64,000 nt of DNA, taken from positions 211,800-275,799 of the forward strand of contig JAQBRG010000003.1 of the NCBI GenBank assembly GCA_028286615.1, read 5' to 3'. Positions 40,407-48,215 of this stretch are shown here, piece after piece. Made by a program: the position numbers and the translations under genes. How positions within the stretch are numbered: position 1 is the stretch's first letter; every line of letters starts with the position of its first letter. The notes below the pieces were generated by a model, which worked only from the letters and a program-made list of their open reading frames with translations, was not told the DNA's origin and did no database searches. This DNA is from Parcubacteria group bacterium (GTDB taxonomy: Bacteria; Patescibacteriota; Minisyncoccia; Phycocordibacterales; Phycocordibacteraceae).

Positions 40407-41108
40407 TTATGATACCTCAATCAGAAGAAAGGTAGCGGCTGATGGAGACTGAATAGATATGTCCTTGGTATCCCAGAAGCCCATAGCATCTCGCTTCTCT
40501 AACGTGTCGCCTTCGATAATCAGAGTTCCGTCTATAACCAACACGTATACCTTCCCTTCTTCAGACTTAAGTGAGTACGTAAGAGGGTGCGCTGCATTAA
40601 CAACACCTTCGTATATATACGCGTCTTGGTGTATGTGAAGCCCTTCCTCGCTTCCCTCAGGAGAAACAAGCGTAGTTAGTCCAGGTTCCGTTCTCCTGCC
40701 AAAAGCGTGTTGTGCGTATCTTGGAGCAATGTTAGTACTCTTTGGCTCTATCCAAATCTGAAAGAGCGAAAGCGGTTCGTCTTTCGATACGTTGAACTCG
40801 CTATGCACTACGCCTGTTCCTGCTGACATAACCTGCACCTCCCCAGCTTTCACCGTCCCCTCGTTCCCCATGCTGTCTTTGTGCGTAACCGTACCGTCCA
40901 TGACGATGGTTATAATCTCCATGTCTTTGTGCTGATGTGCGCCGAATCCTGAATCTGGCGCGATAGAGTCGTCGTTAATGACGCGCAAGGAACCGAATCC
41001 CATGCGAGACGGTTCGTACCAGTCAGCGAAGCTAAAGCTATACTTAGTCTTGAGCCAGCCATGGTCCCCTCCACCGCGCGAATCTGCTCGATGTATAAGT
41101 CGTTCCAT
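40407..41108 (-). CDS. Pirin family protein (cupin)
   Basis: Pirin N-terminal HxH...H...E metal site (FGAHQHKDMEIITIVMDGTVTHKDSMGN). Confidence 0.85.
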   Translation of the reverse strand: MERLIHRADSRGGGDHGWLKTKYSFSFADWYEPSRMGFGSLRVINDDSIAPDSGFGAHQHKDMEIITIVMDGTVTHKDSMGNEGTVKAGEVQVMSAGTGVVHSEFNVSKDEPLSLFQIWIEPKSTNIAPRYAQHAFGRRTEPGLTTLVSPEGSEEGLHIHQDAYIYEGVVNAAHPLTYSLKSEEGKVYVLVIDGTLIIEGDTLEKRDAMGFWDTKDISIQSPSAATFLLIEVS

Positions 41109-41120
41109 ATGCGGGTGTTG

Positions 41121-41669
41121 TTACTTAGTAACCACTAACTGTCCTTCTACGATCTTCACGCGCGTGGTAAGTGGGATGGTTGGGTTAACAGTTGGTGCTT
41201 CCCACGTGTTACGTCCCTTGTACTTAGCAAGAATAGTTCCGCCTTGAATGCTAACAGAATCTGGTGCAATACGGTCTCCAAGAAGAATGGCGTTGGTACC
41301 TGAGTACAAGGTGTCTGTCTTAAATGCAGCTACGAGATAGTACATAGTTGCAGCACCTCCTTTGTTCTGACTAATGATGAAAGCGATGTCTTCTTTCCCG
41401 TCTCCGTTAAGATCTCCGGTTGCTTCATTTCCTACGTACGCGGTCTTGATCTTAACTGCCGAGCCAGGTGCAGCTTCAACCTCTGATGTTCCGTTTAAAA
41501 GCTGCACATCCTTTCCGTCGATGGTGTAGACCCCGTCCTTATAACTGGTTACGGGTGCTTCGGGTGCCTGCTTATACTTTGCTGTTGAAAGCGTAATGAA
41601 GAGGTACAGCCCGCCAAGAACGAGGACGAGTACTGCGAGGGTTAAAAGGATTCTTTGTTTTGATGGCAT
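41121..41669 (-). CDS. Hypothetical membrane-anchored protein
   Basis: N-terminal TM helix. No family assigned. Confidence 0.45.
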   Translation of the reverse strand: MPSKQRILLTLAVLVLVLGGLYLFITLSTAKYKQAPEAPVTSYKDGVYTIDGKDVQLLNGTSEVEAAPGSAVKIKTAYVGNEATGDLNGDGKEDIAFIISQNKGGAATMYYLVAAFKTDTLYSGTNAILLGDRIAPDSVSIQGGTILAKYKGRNTWEAPTVNPTIPLTTRVKIVEGQLVVTK

Positions 41670-41680
41670 AGGTATAAAAA

Positions 41681-42235
41681 TTAATTAATAGGTCCAGTTG
41701 CGTTGTCCTTTTTCAGAACAAAGAACATGAGCACCGCAATGAGTACGAAGACGGTAAAAGACATGAGCGGGAAGGTTATGTACCCGAACTCAAACACAAA
41801 CCGCTGCGCGCAGTCTACCGCAGTTGGCGCCGCAGGGCACGACACAAAGCTGCTTCCTCCCATCTGCAAATAATGCTGATACAAGGCGATAGCGGCACCC
41901 GGCACACAGAGCGCTCCGACATATGCGGCGATATTTCTGTCTTTCTTCCAGAGGCCCATAGCTAGAAGAATAGGAAGAGGATACAGAAATACCCGTTGCA
42001 ACCAGCAAAGGCCGCAAGGAGCGTATCCAAACACTTCTGAATACACAAGCGTAAGCACGACTCCAGCGGCTGAGATTACAAACGCAGCCTGAAGTGCGTA
42101 GCGCTTCAGGTACATAGATACCACCGCTCCTTCTTTAGGGAAAAGAAGAACTAAGATAAGTAGCAGGATTAGAAGCTGGGCTCCAAGCGTTCCGAGCGCG
42201 AGTATCTGCGTTGTTATCTCTGCGTACGGATGCAT
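41681..42235 (-). CDS. Disulfide bond formation protein DsbB/BdbC family
   Basis: Four TM helices with the Cys pairs CGLC and CxxxxxC in loops, DsbB-like. Confidence 0.7.
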   Translation of the reverse strand: MHPYAEITTQILALGTLGAQLLILLLILVLLFPKEGAVVSMYLKRYALQAAFVISAAGVVLTLVYSEVFGYAPCGLCWLQRVFLYPLPILLAMGLWKKDRNIAAYVGALCVPGAAIALYQHYLQMGGSSFVSCPAAPTAVDCAQRFVFEFGYITFPLMSFTVFVLIAVLMFFVLKKDNATGPIN

Positions 42236-42236
42236 A

Positions 42237-42611
42237 TTACGAAGGAAGCACGCAACCTGTCTTCTCGCTCAACGTCTGGAGCGACTGCGGTCCGCTTACA
42301 CGGCTTCCATCAGCAAACTGCCATGTTGGGTAGCTCTTGATCCCGTTATCAATACATACTTGTGTCTGGCTCTTTCCGTCAGGCAGTGAGCATTCCACAT
42401 AAGGAAGAAGTTTCTCGGACTTCCCGAACAATGCCTTCTGTTGCTGGCAATGGGGGCACCAGAACGCGCCGAAGAACGTTGTCTTGCTCTCGGCTATACA
42501 GGTAGCGAATCCGTCATATTTGCCCGGGTGCACCATGTACCAGCCCCAATATCCTAAAGGCAGCCCAAACACCACAAGAACCACGATTGCGTATATGTAT
42601 TTCTTCTTCAT
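42237..42611 (-). CDS. Membrane-anchored thioredoxin-like protein (CPHC)
   Basis: ATG at 42611 (MKKKYIY). TM anchor then a Trx fold with a CPHC active site. Immediately downstream of dsbB, suggesting an operon. Confidence 0.7.
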   Translation of the reverse strand: MKKKYIYAIVVLVVFGLPLGYWGWYMVHPGKYDGFATCIAESKTTFFGAFWCPHCQQQKALFGKSEKLLPYVECSLPDGKSQTQVCIDNGIKSYPTWQFADGSRVSGPQSLQTLSEKTGCVLPS

Positions 42612-42643
42612 GGGGAAAGTATACCAAGCTTTGGAACTTAAGA

Positions 42644-43066
42644 TTACTCCCAAGAACTAGCTTTCAGGAGACCGTCTTTTAAAAGCTCTTTCACGTATAT
42701 GTCTAGGTCCTCTTCTGAAGAAAGCTCCTCAAAAGAAACCCATTTGTATTCGCCATTCTCTTTAAGGTCTAGATCCGGTTCTCCTTCTGTTTGAGCAACA
42801 TACGTAAGGCGGACAATATGCCGTTCATCGTTTGGGATAATATCTTGAGCTGCAATTAGTCTTGGCTTTGAGGTAATTACAAGTTTGGTTTCCTCTTGCG
42901 TTTCTCTTTCAAGGTTTGCAATGAGCGACGTACCTGGATCTATCCGGCCACCAACAATATCCCAGGACCCGTTTGTCTTACCGTACTTCTCTAAAGACCT
43001 CTTAAGCAAGAGTATTTTGCCTTCGTTATTCTTTAACAGGACTTTGACTCCTACCTGTAAATTCAT
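42644..43066 (-). CDS. NUDIX hydrolase
   Basis: Nudix box GGRIDPGTSLIANLERETQEETKL. ATG at 43066. Confidence 0.8.
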   Translation of the reverse strand: MNLQVGVKVLLKNNEGKILLLKRSLEKYGKTNGSWDIVGGRIDPGTSLIANLERETQEETKLVITSKPRLIAAQDIIPNDERHIVRLTYVAQTEGEPDLDLKENGEYKWVSFEELSSEEDLDIYVKELLKDGLLKASSWE

Positions 43067-43070
43067 AAAG

Positions 43071-43418
43071 CTACATCTTTCTCCATTCACCAGTCTCTTC
43101 GTTAAACTCTGCAATTGACTCTGAGCCTACCGGCACACCATCTATATAGAAGATGGCAGTAATAAGTGTTCTCTCTTCTGCGTTTTTAGTACCATTTCTA
43201 TTAGGATATTTACCTTTCCTCATAAATCGGTACTCGGTCATTTCCCCCTCTTTCTCTCCCTTAACTTCAACTTCTCGCAGATATACTCCTTGCTCGTCTG
43301 AAAGTTCCCGACCGGGAGTAAAGCCCTCAGCGTATTGTGAGATAGCATCAAGTACTTCTTGGCTTGAAAGGATTTTATCCTGCTTCTTTTCTGGGTTATT
43401 TATGTTTGGTCCTTCCAT
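43071..43418 (-). CDS. Hypothetical protein
   Basis: 115-aa ATG ORF. No family assigned. Confidence 0.4.
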   Translation of the reverse strand: MEGPNINNPEKKQDKILSSQEVLDAISQYAEGFTPGRELSDEQGVYLREVEVKGEKEGEMTEYRFMRKGKYPNRNGTKNAEERTLITAIFYIDGVPVGSESIAEFNEETGEWRKM

Positions 43419-43447
43419 AGAGCGTTATAACAAAAGTATAGCAAAAT

Positions 43448-43939
43448 CTAAGCTTTTAAATACGAATCGAAATATATGGCGTGACAGGTATACCCTCCAG
43501 GGTTCTTCTGGAGATAGTCCTGGTGGTATTCCTCGGCTGGCCAGAACTTGGTGAAAGGTTCAAGAGTAGTAACCACTGGATCTTTCCAACGCTCTGAGTC
43601 GTTCACAATCTGAATAAACTCTTCTGCAAGTTTCTTCTCGTCTTCGTCCTGATAAAAGATTGCCGAGCGGTATGACATGCCCTTATCGTTTCCCTGCTGG
43701 TTTAGGGTTGTTGGGTTATGTATCTGGAAAAAGAAATCAAGAAGCTGTTTGTAGTTTGTCTTCTCGGAGTCATACGTAATCTCGAGAGCCTCAGCATGCC
43801 CTGGGTGATTCTCGTAGGTAGGATTCTCATTCTCACCACCTGTATACCCTGCCTCTATAGAAACAATGCCTGGTTGAGTACGGAAAAGTTCTTCAAGCCC
43901 CCAGAAACAACCGCCCGCTAGATACGCTTTCTTGGTCAT
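43448..43939 (-). CDS. msrA: Peptide-methionine (S)-S-oxide reductase MsrA
   Basis: [10 protein letters not shown] active-site motif. Confidence 0.92.
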   Translation of the reverse strand: MTKKAYLAGGCFWGLEELFRTQPGIVSIEAGYTGGENENPTYENHPGHAEALEITYDSEKTNYKQLLDFFFQIHNPTTLNQQGNDKGMSYRSAIFYQDEDEKKLAEEFIQIVNDSERWKDPVVTTLEPFTKFWPAEEYHQDYLQKNPGGYTCHAIYFDSYLKA

Positions 43940-43995
43940 AGAATGTGATTAAACATGAGTATACCTCCGTACACATTAGCAGCAGATGAAGTGCC

Positions 43996-44024
43996 TTGAC
44001 TCTTGCCTCCTAAAACCCTAGGCT
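43996..44024 (+). promoter_or_regulatory. Putative promoter of the candidate ncRNA
   Basis: TTGACT, 17-nt spacer, TAGGCT. The predicted TSS near 44031 coincides with the 5' arm of the closing helix. Confidence 0.4.
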
Positions 44025-44030
44025 ATCCCT

Positions 44031-44258
44031 GGGGGTGTTCGGGCAACACTTGCGGCTAGTAGTACTGGATCAGCATGCCAGTGCGAATTACCGTCGTGAC
44101 CTCAGTCAAGCCATCTCGGATAGTAGAGTGTGCCAGGCCGGGCAAAAGCAAGCACATTCAGTACCCCGCAAGATCGCAGCACGTTACACTTACGTGCCAC
44201 ATACTCAGGTGCCCGAACACCTTCACTTTCAGACCGTCTCTTGTGGCGGTCTTTTTTA
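44031..44258 (+). ncRNA. Structured noncoding RNA candidate (~200-230 nt; 6S RNA or SRP RNA are the leading guesses)
   Basis: No ORF. The 5' segment GGTGTTCGGGCA (44034-44045) pairs perfectly with TGCCCGAACACC (44210-44221) across about 165 nt. There are internal hairpins (GCACGTtacacttACGTGC) and a GUGCCAGGCCGG...AGCAAGCA motif. An intrinsic terminator follows at 44231-44258. Confidence 0.5.
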
Positions 44259-44275
44259 ATTCAATATAATTTGAA

Positions 44276-44668
44276 CTATTTCCCGTACCAGCTCTTCTTC
44301 CAATCTTGCATCTGCTTAATCTCAATGTTCTGGGCTGAGATTATAGCCTGAGCAAGATCTTTTATCTCCTGATGCTTTGCGTTCTTAAGAGCTGCTTCTG
44401 CCATAGCTACGGCTCCCTGATGGTGTACGGTCATCTCTTCCAAGAAAGCCTCGTCAAATGCGTCGCCAGTTTTGCCATCCAGTGTTTGCATCATTCCATC
44501 CATTTCATCCTTCATGCCCATAGAGCCTTGCATCGTGGCTCCATTCGGCATGACATGTTCAGAGCCTGCCATCTTCACGTCTGTCTTTCCTGTAAATGCC
44601 ATTACCCCACCGGCTCCAACAATTACTCCAATAGCTGCCGCGAGAGCGGTTTTGGTGATGTTGTTCAT
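44276..44668 (-). CDS. DUF305-family protein (ferritin-like, metal-stress associated), secreted/anchored
   Basis: HHQGAVAMAE and a second half-site, as in DUF305. N-terminal signal anchor. Confidence 0.7.
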   Translation of the reverse strand: MNNITKTALAAAIGVIVGAGGVMAFTGKTDVKMAGSEHVMPNGATMQGSMGMKDEMDGMMQTLDGKTGDAFDEAFLEEMTVHHQGAVAMAEAALKNAKHQEIKDLAQAIISAQNIEIKQMQDWKKSWYGK

Positions 44669-44697
44669 AGGAAAAGTATATCAATCAATTAGAATTC

Positions 44698-45105
44698 TCA
44701 TCCAAGCAAAAGTCCACAGACAGTGGCTCCAATCCAACCAATAACTGAGACTGCAGCACTAACAATAAGTTGCTTTCTCTTAAATGGAGAAACATCCTTG
44801 GACTCTTGTGTAGCAGCAATATCCACGAGAGACCCTATAAGAAGACCGTTTATTGTAAGTGCGGCTACAAAAACCATCTTAGCCAGGAACATAGGGTCGT
44901 GAATGAATGCGGGCTTATCAATGAACATGAGACCGCCCGTCAGAATAATTCCTGCGAGCCCAAGACTAACGATAACGTGAAGTATGTCGAGCTTCTTCTT
45001 GCTAAGCATTTTCTGTCTGCCACGGAACCACTCAAGCCCTTGCTCGTCTGAATACAGAACAGCAAGACCCGTGATGATGATCAAAAGTACATGGAGAGTA
45101 GTCAT
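44698..45105 (-). CDS. Hypothetical four-TM membrane protein
   Basis: ATG at 45105 (MTTLHVLLIII) avoids overlap with the upstream gene. Polytopic. Confidence 0.5.
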   Translation of the reverse strand: MTTLHVLLIIITGLAVLYSDEQGLEWFRGRQKMLSKKKLDILHVIVSLGLAGIILTGGLMFIDKPAFIHDPMFLAKMVFVAALTINGLLIGSLVDIAATQESKDVSPFKRKQLIVSAAVSVIGWIGATVCGLLLG

Positions 45106-45107
45106 GG

Positions 45108-45587
45108 TTAAGAAGAGAGGTTTCCGATAAAGAATGAGGCGAGCTCTTGCTCGGGTCGAGCCTGACCCCCATGCTCTCGTTCGAATGCCGCAGTGCCGTC
45201 GTGTCCGCAAAGAGACAGAATGGCGCGCGATCCTCCAGGGTGCTGCTTAACCCATAAAGTCAGGTCGTATACCTTGCCGCCGATGGTGGTCCAGCAACTT
45301 GAGGCGTCTGCGTGCGCAGCAACTTGTACCGAGGTATAGCCTGACGTAACTGGCGGAGTGGTTTCTTCTGGAGTGGCAGTAACTGGCTGCTTTGGCTCAC
45401 CAGAACTTGCAGATGCACTGCCTGAATTATTTGCAGAGACACCCATGCTCGAAGAAGCGATAGGCTGCGGTACTTGAGAAGTCTCTTGTTGCGCGAAAGA
45501 ATCAGGTTCCTGGCTTTTGGTTAGATAGACGGTCCCGAGTATTCCCGCAACTATAACAAGCGCTATGGGGAAGATGTGCTTCATCAT
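45108..45587 (-). CDS. Membrane-anchored cytochrome b5-like heme-binding domain protein
   Basis: The C-terminal domain has the HPGG motif (WVKQHPGGSRAIL...CGHDGTAAFE). N-terminal TM and a Ser/Thr/Pro linker. Confidence 0.7.
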   Translation of the reverse strand: MMKHIFPIALVIVAGILGTVYLTKSQEPDSFAQQETSQVPQPIASSSMGVSANNSGSASASSGEPKQPVTATPEETTPPVTSGYTSVQVAAHADASSCWTTIGGKVYDLTLWVKQHPGGSRAILSLCGHDGTAAFEREHGGQARPEQELASFFIGNLSS

Positions 45588-45596
45588 AGAAATATA

Positions 45597-46931
45597 TTAA
45601 TTAGAAAGCTGCGCTAACAAAGTCTGGAGCGAAGCAGCGGCATTGCTGGCATTTGGCTTAACTGCCCTAACCTGGCGGAGTGCAGCATCAATAGCATCAT
45701 CAATTTCCGTCCACTTTGTCTTGTTCATTGGTTTGAGGCGAGCTTCAGAGTTATCCCACTCGTACTCAAGATCTCCAATACGATCCTTTGCTCCTGCGAG
45801 ATTCCCCTGATTCACAAGATTAAGCGTGTCCTGAGTAATAGTGCGTAGTGATGAGAGATCTCCAAGTGGAGAGGTTGCCGGTGTCGTCTGTGCAGCAGGC
45901 TTGGGCGAGGTTACAGCTGGAGCACCAGTAGATGCAGTCGCAGCTCCCTCTTCGGTTTCAGCTTCCGTAGCATCAGAAGCTCCACCATCTTGCTCTTCAC
46001 TTTCTGCCTGGGCATCCAAGGTTTCGGGTGCGCTCTTTTGCAGAGACTGTTGCCGTGCGTGATACCCGACTCCCGAGAGAACAATGAGCAAAACAAGCAC
46101 AGCAACAGTCTGCCACAGGCCGCGATGTCCTCCCTGAGCTGTTATTTCTTTTTGAACAACGGTGGGGTTGGTTACATCCTTCTTGCTGATAGCGAGATAT
46201 ATAACTGCTCCAATGATGGCTGCAATGAATAGAACACTCGTGACCGTAGCACCAAGCCCAAGACCGCCATACTTGGTCGGCTGCGAAAGAAGATCTCCAA
46301 TAGACGCTCCGAGTGGACGGGTAAGGATATAAATAGCCCAGAACGCGAGAATGGAGTTAAGTCCCATACGCCAAGCAATGGCGAATGCTCCAATGGCGAC
46401 AGCAACGATTACACCGGTCGTGAAGTATCCAAGCCCTAGACCTTCAGCAAGCAGGTCCCCTGCCGCTGTACCAAGCGCGAAGGTAAAGAGAATGGCGAGC
46501 CAGTAGAAGGACTCTCTTTGGGAAGTAACGATTGAGTGTATCGAAAGGGTCTTTTCTTTTAGATACCAGGCGATGAACGTAAGCCCTAAGGCAATACTGA
46601 AGAAGATCGTACTCGCTTCAAGAGGTACGCTAAGAGCATCTGTGAGGTTATCCGTAACCAAAGTGCCAAATACGCTGATGAGCACAACCGCAGACCAGTA
46701 AATACCAGGTACGTAACGCTTTGCTTTGAACTGAAAGAATAATGCGACTGCCAAGAGAACTCCCGTCACGATAGAAGTGACCGTAAGGCCTAGATTGAGG
46801 TTTACGTTGAGAAAGTCTGCAGCGGTCTCTCCCACGGTAGTACCTAGGATCTTGATGATCCAAAAGAAAGCAGTTATCTCAGGGACTCTATTCAGTAAGT
46901 TGCGAATTGGGGTCTCGGCTACGGATGTCAT
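45597..46931 (-). CDS. Polytopic membrane protein with three internal repeats (COG4705-like) and C-terminal soluble domain
   Basis: Repeats FWIIKILGTTVGETAAD / FYWLAILFTFALGTAAGD / AFWAIYILTRPLGASIGD, about 10 TM helices and an acidic linker. Confidence 0.55.
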   Translation of the reverse strand: MTSVAETPIRNLLNRVPEITAFFWIIKILGTTVGETAADFLNVNLNLGLTVTSIVTGVLLAVALFFQFKAKRYVPGIYWSAVVLISVFGTLVTDNLTDALSVPLEASTIFFSIALGLTFIAWYLKEKTLSIHSIVTSQRESFYWLAILFTFALGTAAGDLLAEGLGLGYFTTGVIVAVAIGAFAIAWRMGLNSILAFWAIYILTRPLGASIGDLLSQPTKYGGLGLGATVTSVLFIAAIIGAVIYLAISKKDVTNPTVVQKEITAQGGHRGLWQTVAVLVLLIVLSGVGYHARQQSLQKSAPETLDAQAESEEQDGGASDATEAETEEGAATASTGAPAVTSPKPAAQTTPATSPLGDLSSLRTITQDTLNLVNQGNLAGAKDRIGDLEYEWDNSEARLKPMNKTKWTEIDDAIDAALRQVRAVKPNASNAAASLQTLLAQLSN

Positions 46932-46995
46932 GAATGAGGGTTATTAGGGCGCAGAACGCCTTCCTATGTACTATGCCGTTCGTCTCAATTTTCTT

Positions 46996-47484
46996 TCAAA
47001 AAGGCAGGACTATGTCATCACTCGTCTGAAGTACGGCCTCGTAGAACGACGTGTCGTGCGTGAGGTAGTAATAGATTGTATGCCCGAAATCAAAGGAAAT
47101 CAGGATGAGTCCTAGAAGCAAGGTCACGCCAGCAACCAATACCACAGTCTTGATTGTCTTAAATTTGTAGACAGTCTGAGTCTTCTTTAGACTGAGATAC
47201 GCACCTGTTACGAAGAGTGCGAATAGAATGAGCCAAACTATCGGTGCTCCTTGCAAGATGCCTTCAAGCGGAGATTCGATGAGTACGGCCGAGCTGACTC
47301 CTTCGCTGTCAAAGAAAACATAGTCTGCAACTGAGAGCGCGATAGCGCCAATAAAGACCGAGAGCACGGCAAGCGTCCAGAAGACTCCTCTGCGTAGGAG
47401 GAAATACCAAAAAGGACGGGGTGTTATCCCTCTGTCTCGAATCTCGCTTATGACGTCTTTTGAAAAGTCATCCATCGTTTCCAT
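46996..47484 (-). CDS. Putative anti-sigma factor (membrane protein) cognate to the ECF sigma factor
   Basis: Immediately downstream of, and translationally coupled to, the ECF sigma gene. Cytoplasmic N-terminus plus TM helices. Confidence 0.5.
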   Translation of the reverse strand: METMDDFSKDVISEIRDRGITPRPFWYFLLRRGVFWTLAVLSVFIGAIALSVADYVFFDSEGVSSAVLIESPLEGILQGAPIVWLILFALFVTGAYLSLKKTQTVYKFKTIKTVVLVAGVTLLLGLILISFDFGHTIYYYLTHDTSFYEAVLQTSDDIVLPF

Positions 47485-47485
47485 A

Positions 47486-48052
47486 CTATACGCTTGTTAT
47501 ATGCATTTCCCTTAGCAACTTCTCAAGAGCGACCTTTCCACGCGCTATGTGGGTAGCAACCGTTCCTGGGGCAATCTCTAGAATATCGGATATCTCGTCG
47601 TAACTCTTCCCTTCAAAGAATCTGAGTACGAGCGTCTCTCGATATTCGGGTTTCAGTTGCCACAAGGCTTCGGCTACGTGTACGCTTCGAAGACGTGCGT
47701 CACTTTCGGCGAGGATATCAAGCTCGTCTGGAATAGACTCAAACAGTGTAAGTGCATCTTCGCTCGCAAAGGCATGTGCACGGTTCCGCATATATCGGAA
47801 GTACGTCATAACTTCGTTGTGTGTAATCCTATAGATCCAAGAGCTAAACGAGAGCGAGGGTTTGTAATCGTTAAGGTTCAGATACACCTTAATAAACGAT
47901 TCTTGGAGAAGGTCTTTTGTCGTGTCCGTGTCAAATGCACCAAGTCGCTGAATATACCTGGATAGCGGATAGCGATACCGATCAATAATGGTCGAGAACG
48001 CTTCTGGATTCTGCAGAGCGGCTTGCACAGCTTTTTGGTCCGAGTCTTCCAT
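47486..48052 (-). CDS. RNA polymerase ECF-type sigma-70 factor
   Basis: Region 2 (SWIYRITHNEVMTYFR) and region 4 HTH (ETLVLRFFEGKSYDEISDILEIAPGTVATHIARG). Confidence 0.85.
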   Translation of the reverse strand: MEDSDQKAVQAALQNPEAFSTIIDRYRYPLSRYIQRLGAFDTDTTKDLLQESFIKVYLNLNDYKPSLSFSSWIYRITHNEVMTYFRYMRNRAHAFASEDALTLFESIPDELDILAESDARLRSVHVAEALWQLKPEYRETLVLRFFEGKSYDEISDILEIAPGTVATHIARGKVALEKLLREMHITSV

Positions 48053-48215
48053 TGTCTTATTCTACATTCTTAAACTCCTATCGGTTTCTCTTTAAGGGTG
48101 TTTGGGTCGCACAAAGCCGACCCCTAAATTGCTGCGGGTCGTGAGGAGGGTTCGAACTATCTTAAGTGACTAAAGAAATTTAGAGCTTCGCAGCTCAGTA
48201 TAGACACTGGTGATT

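Noticed and set aside
48118-48145. GGGTTCGAACT T-loop-like motif in the intergenic region after the ECF sigma gene
   Set aside because: The flanking sequence cannot form a T-stem or an acceptor stem, so it is not a tRNA.
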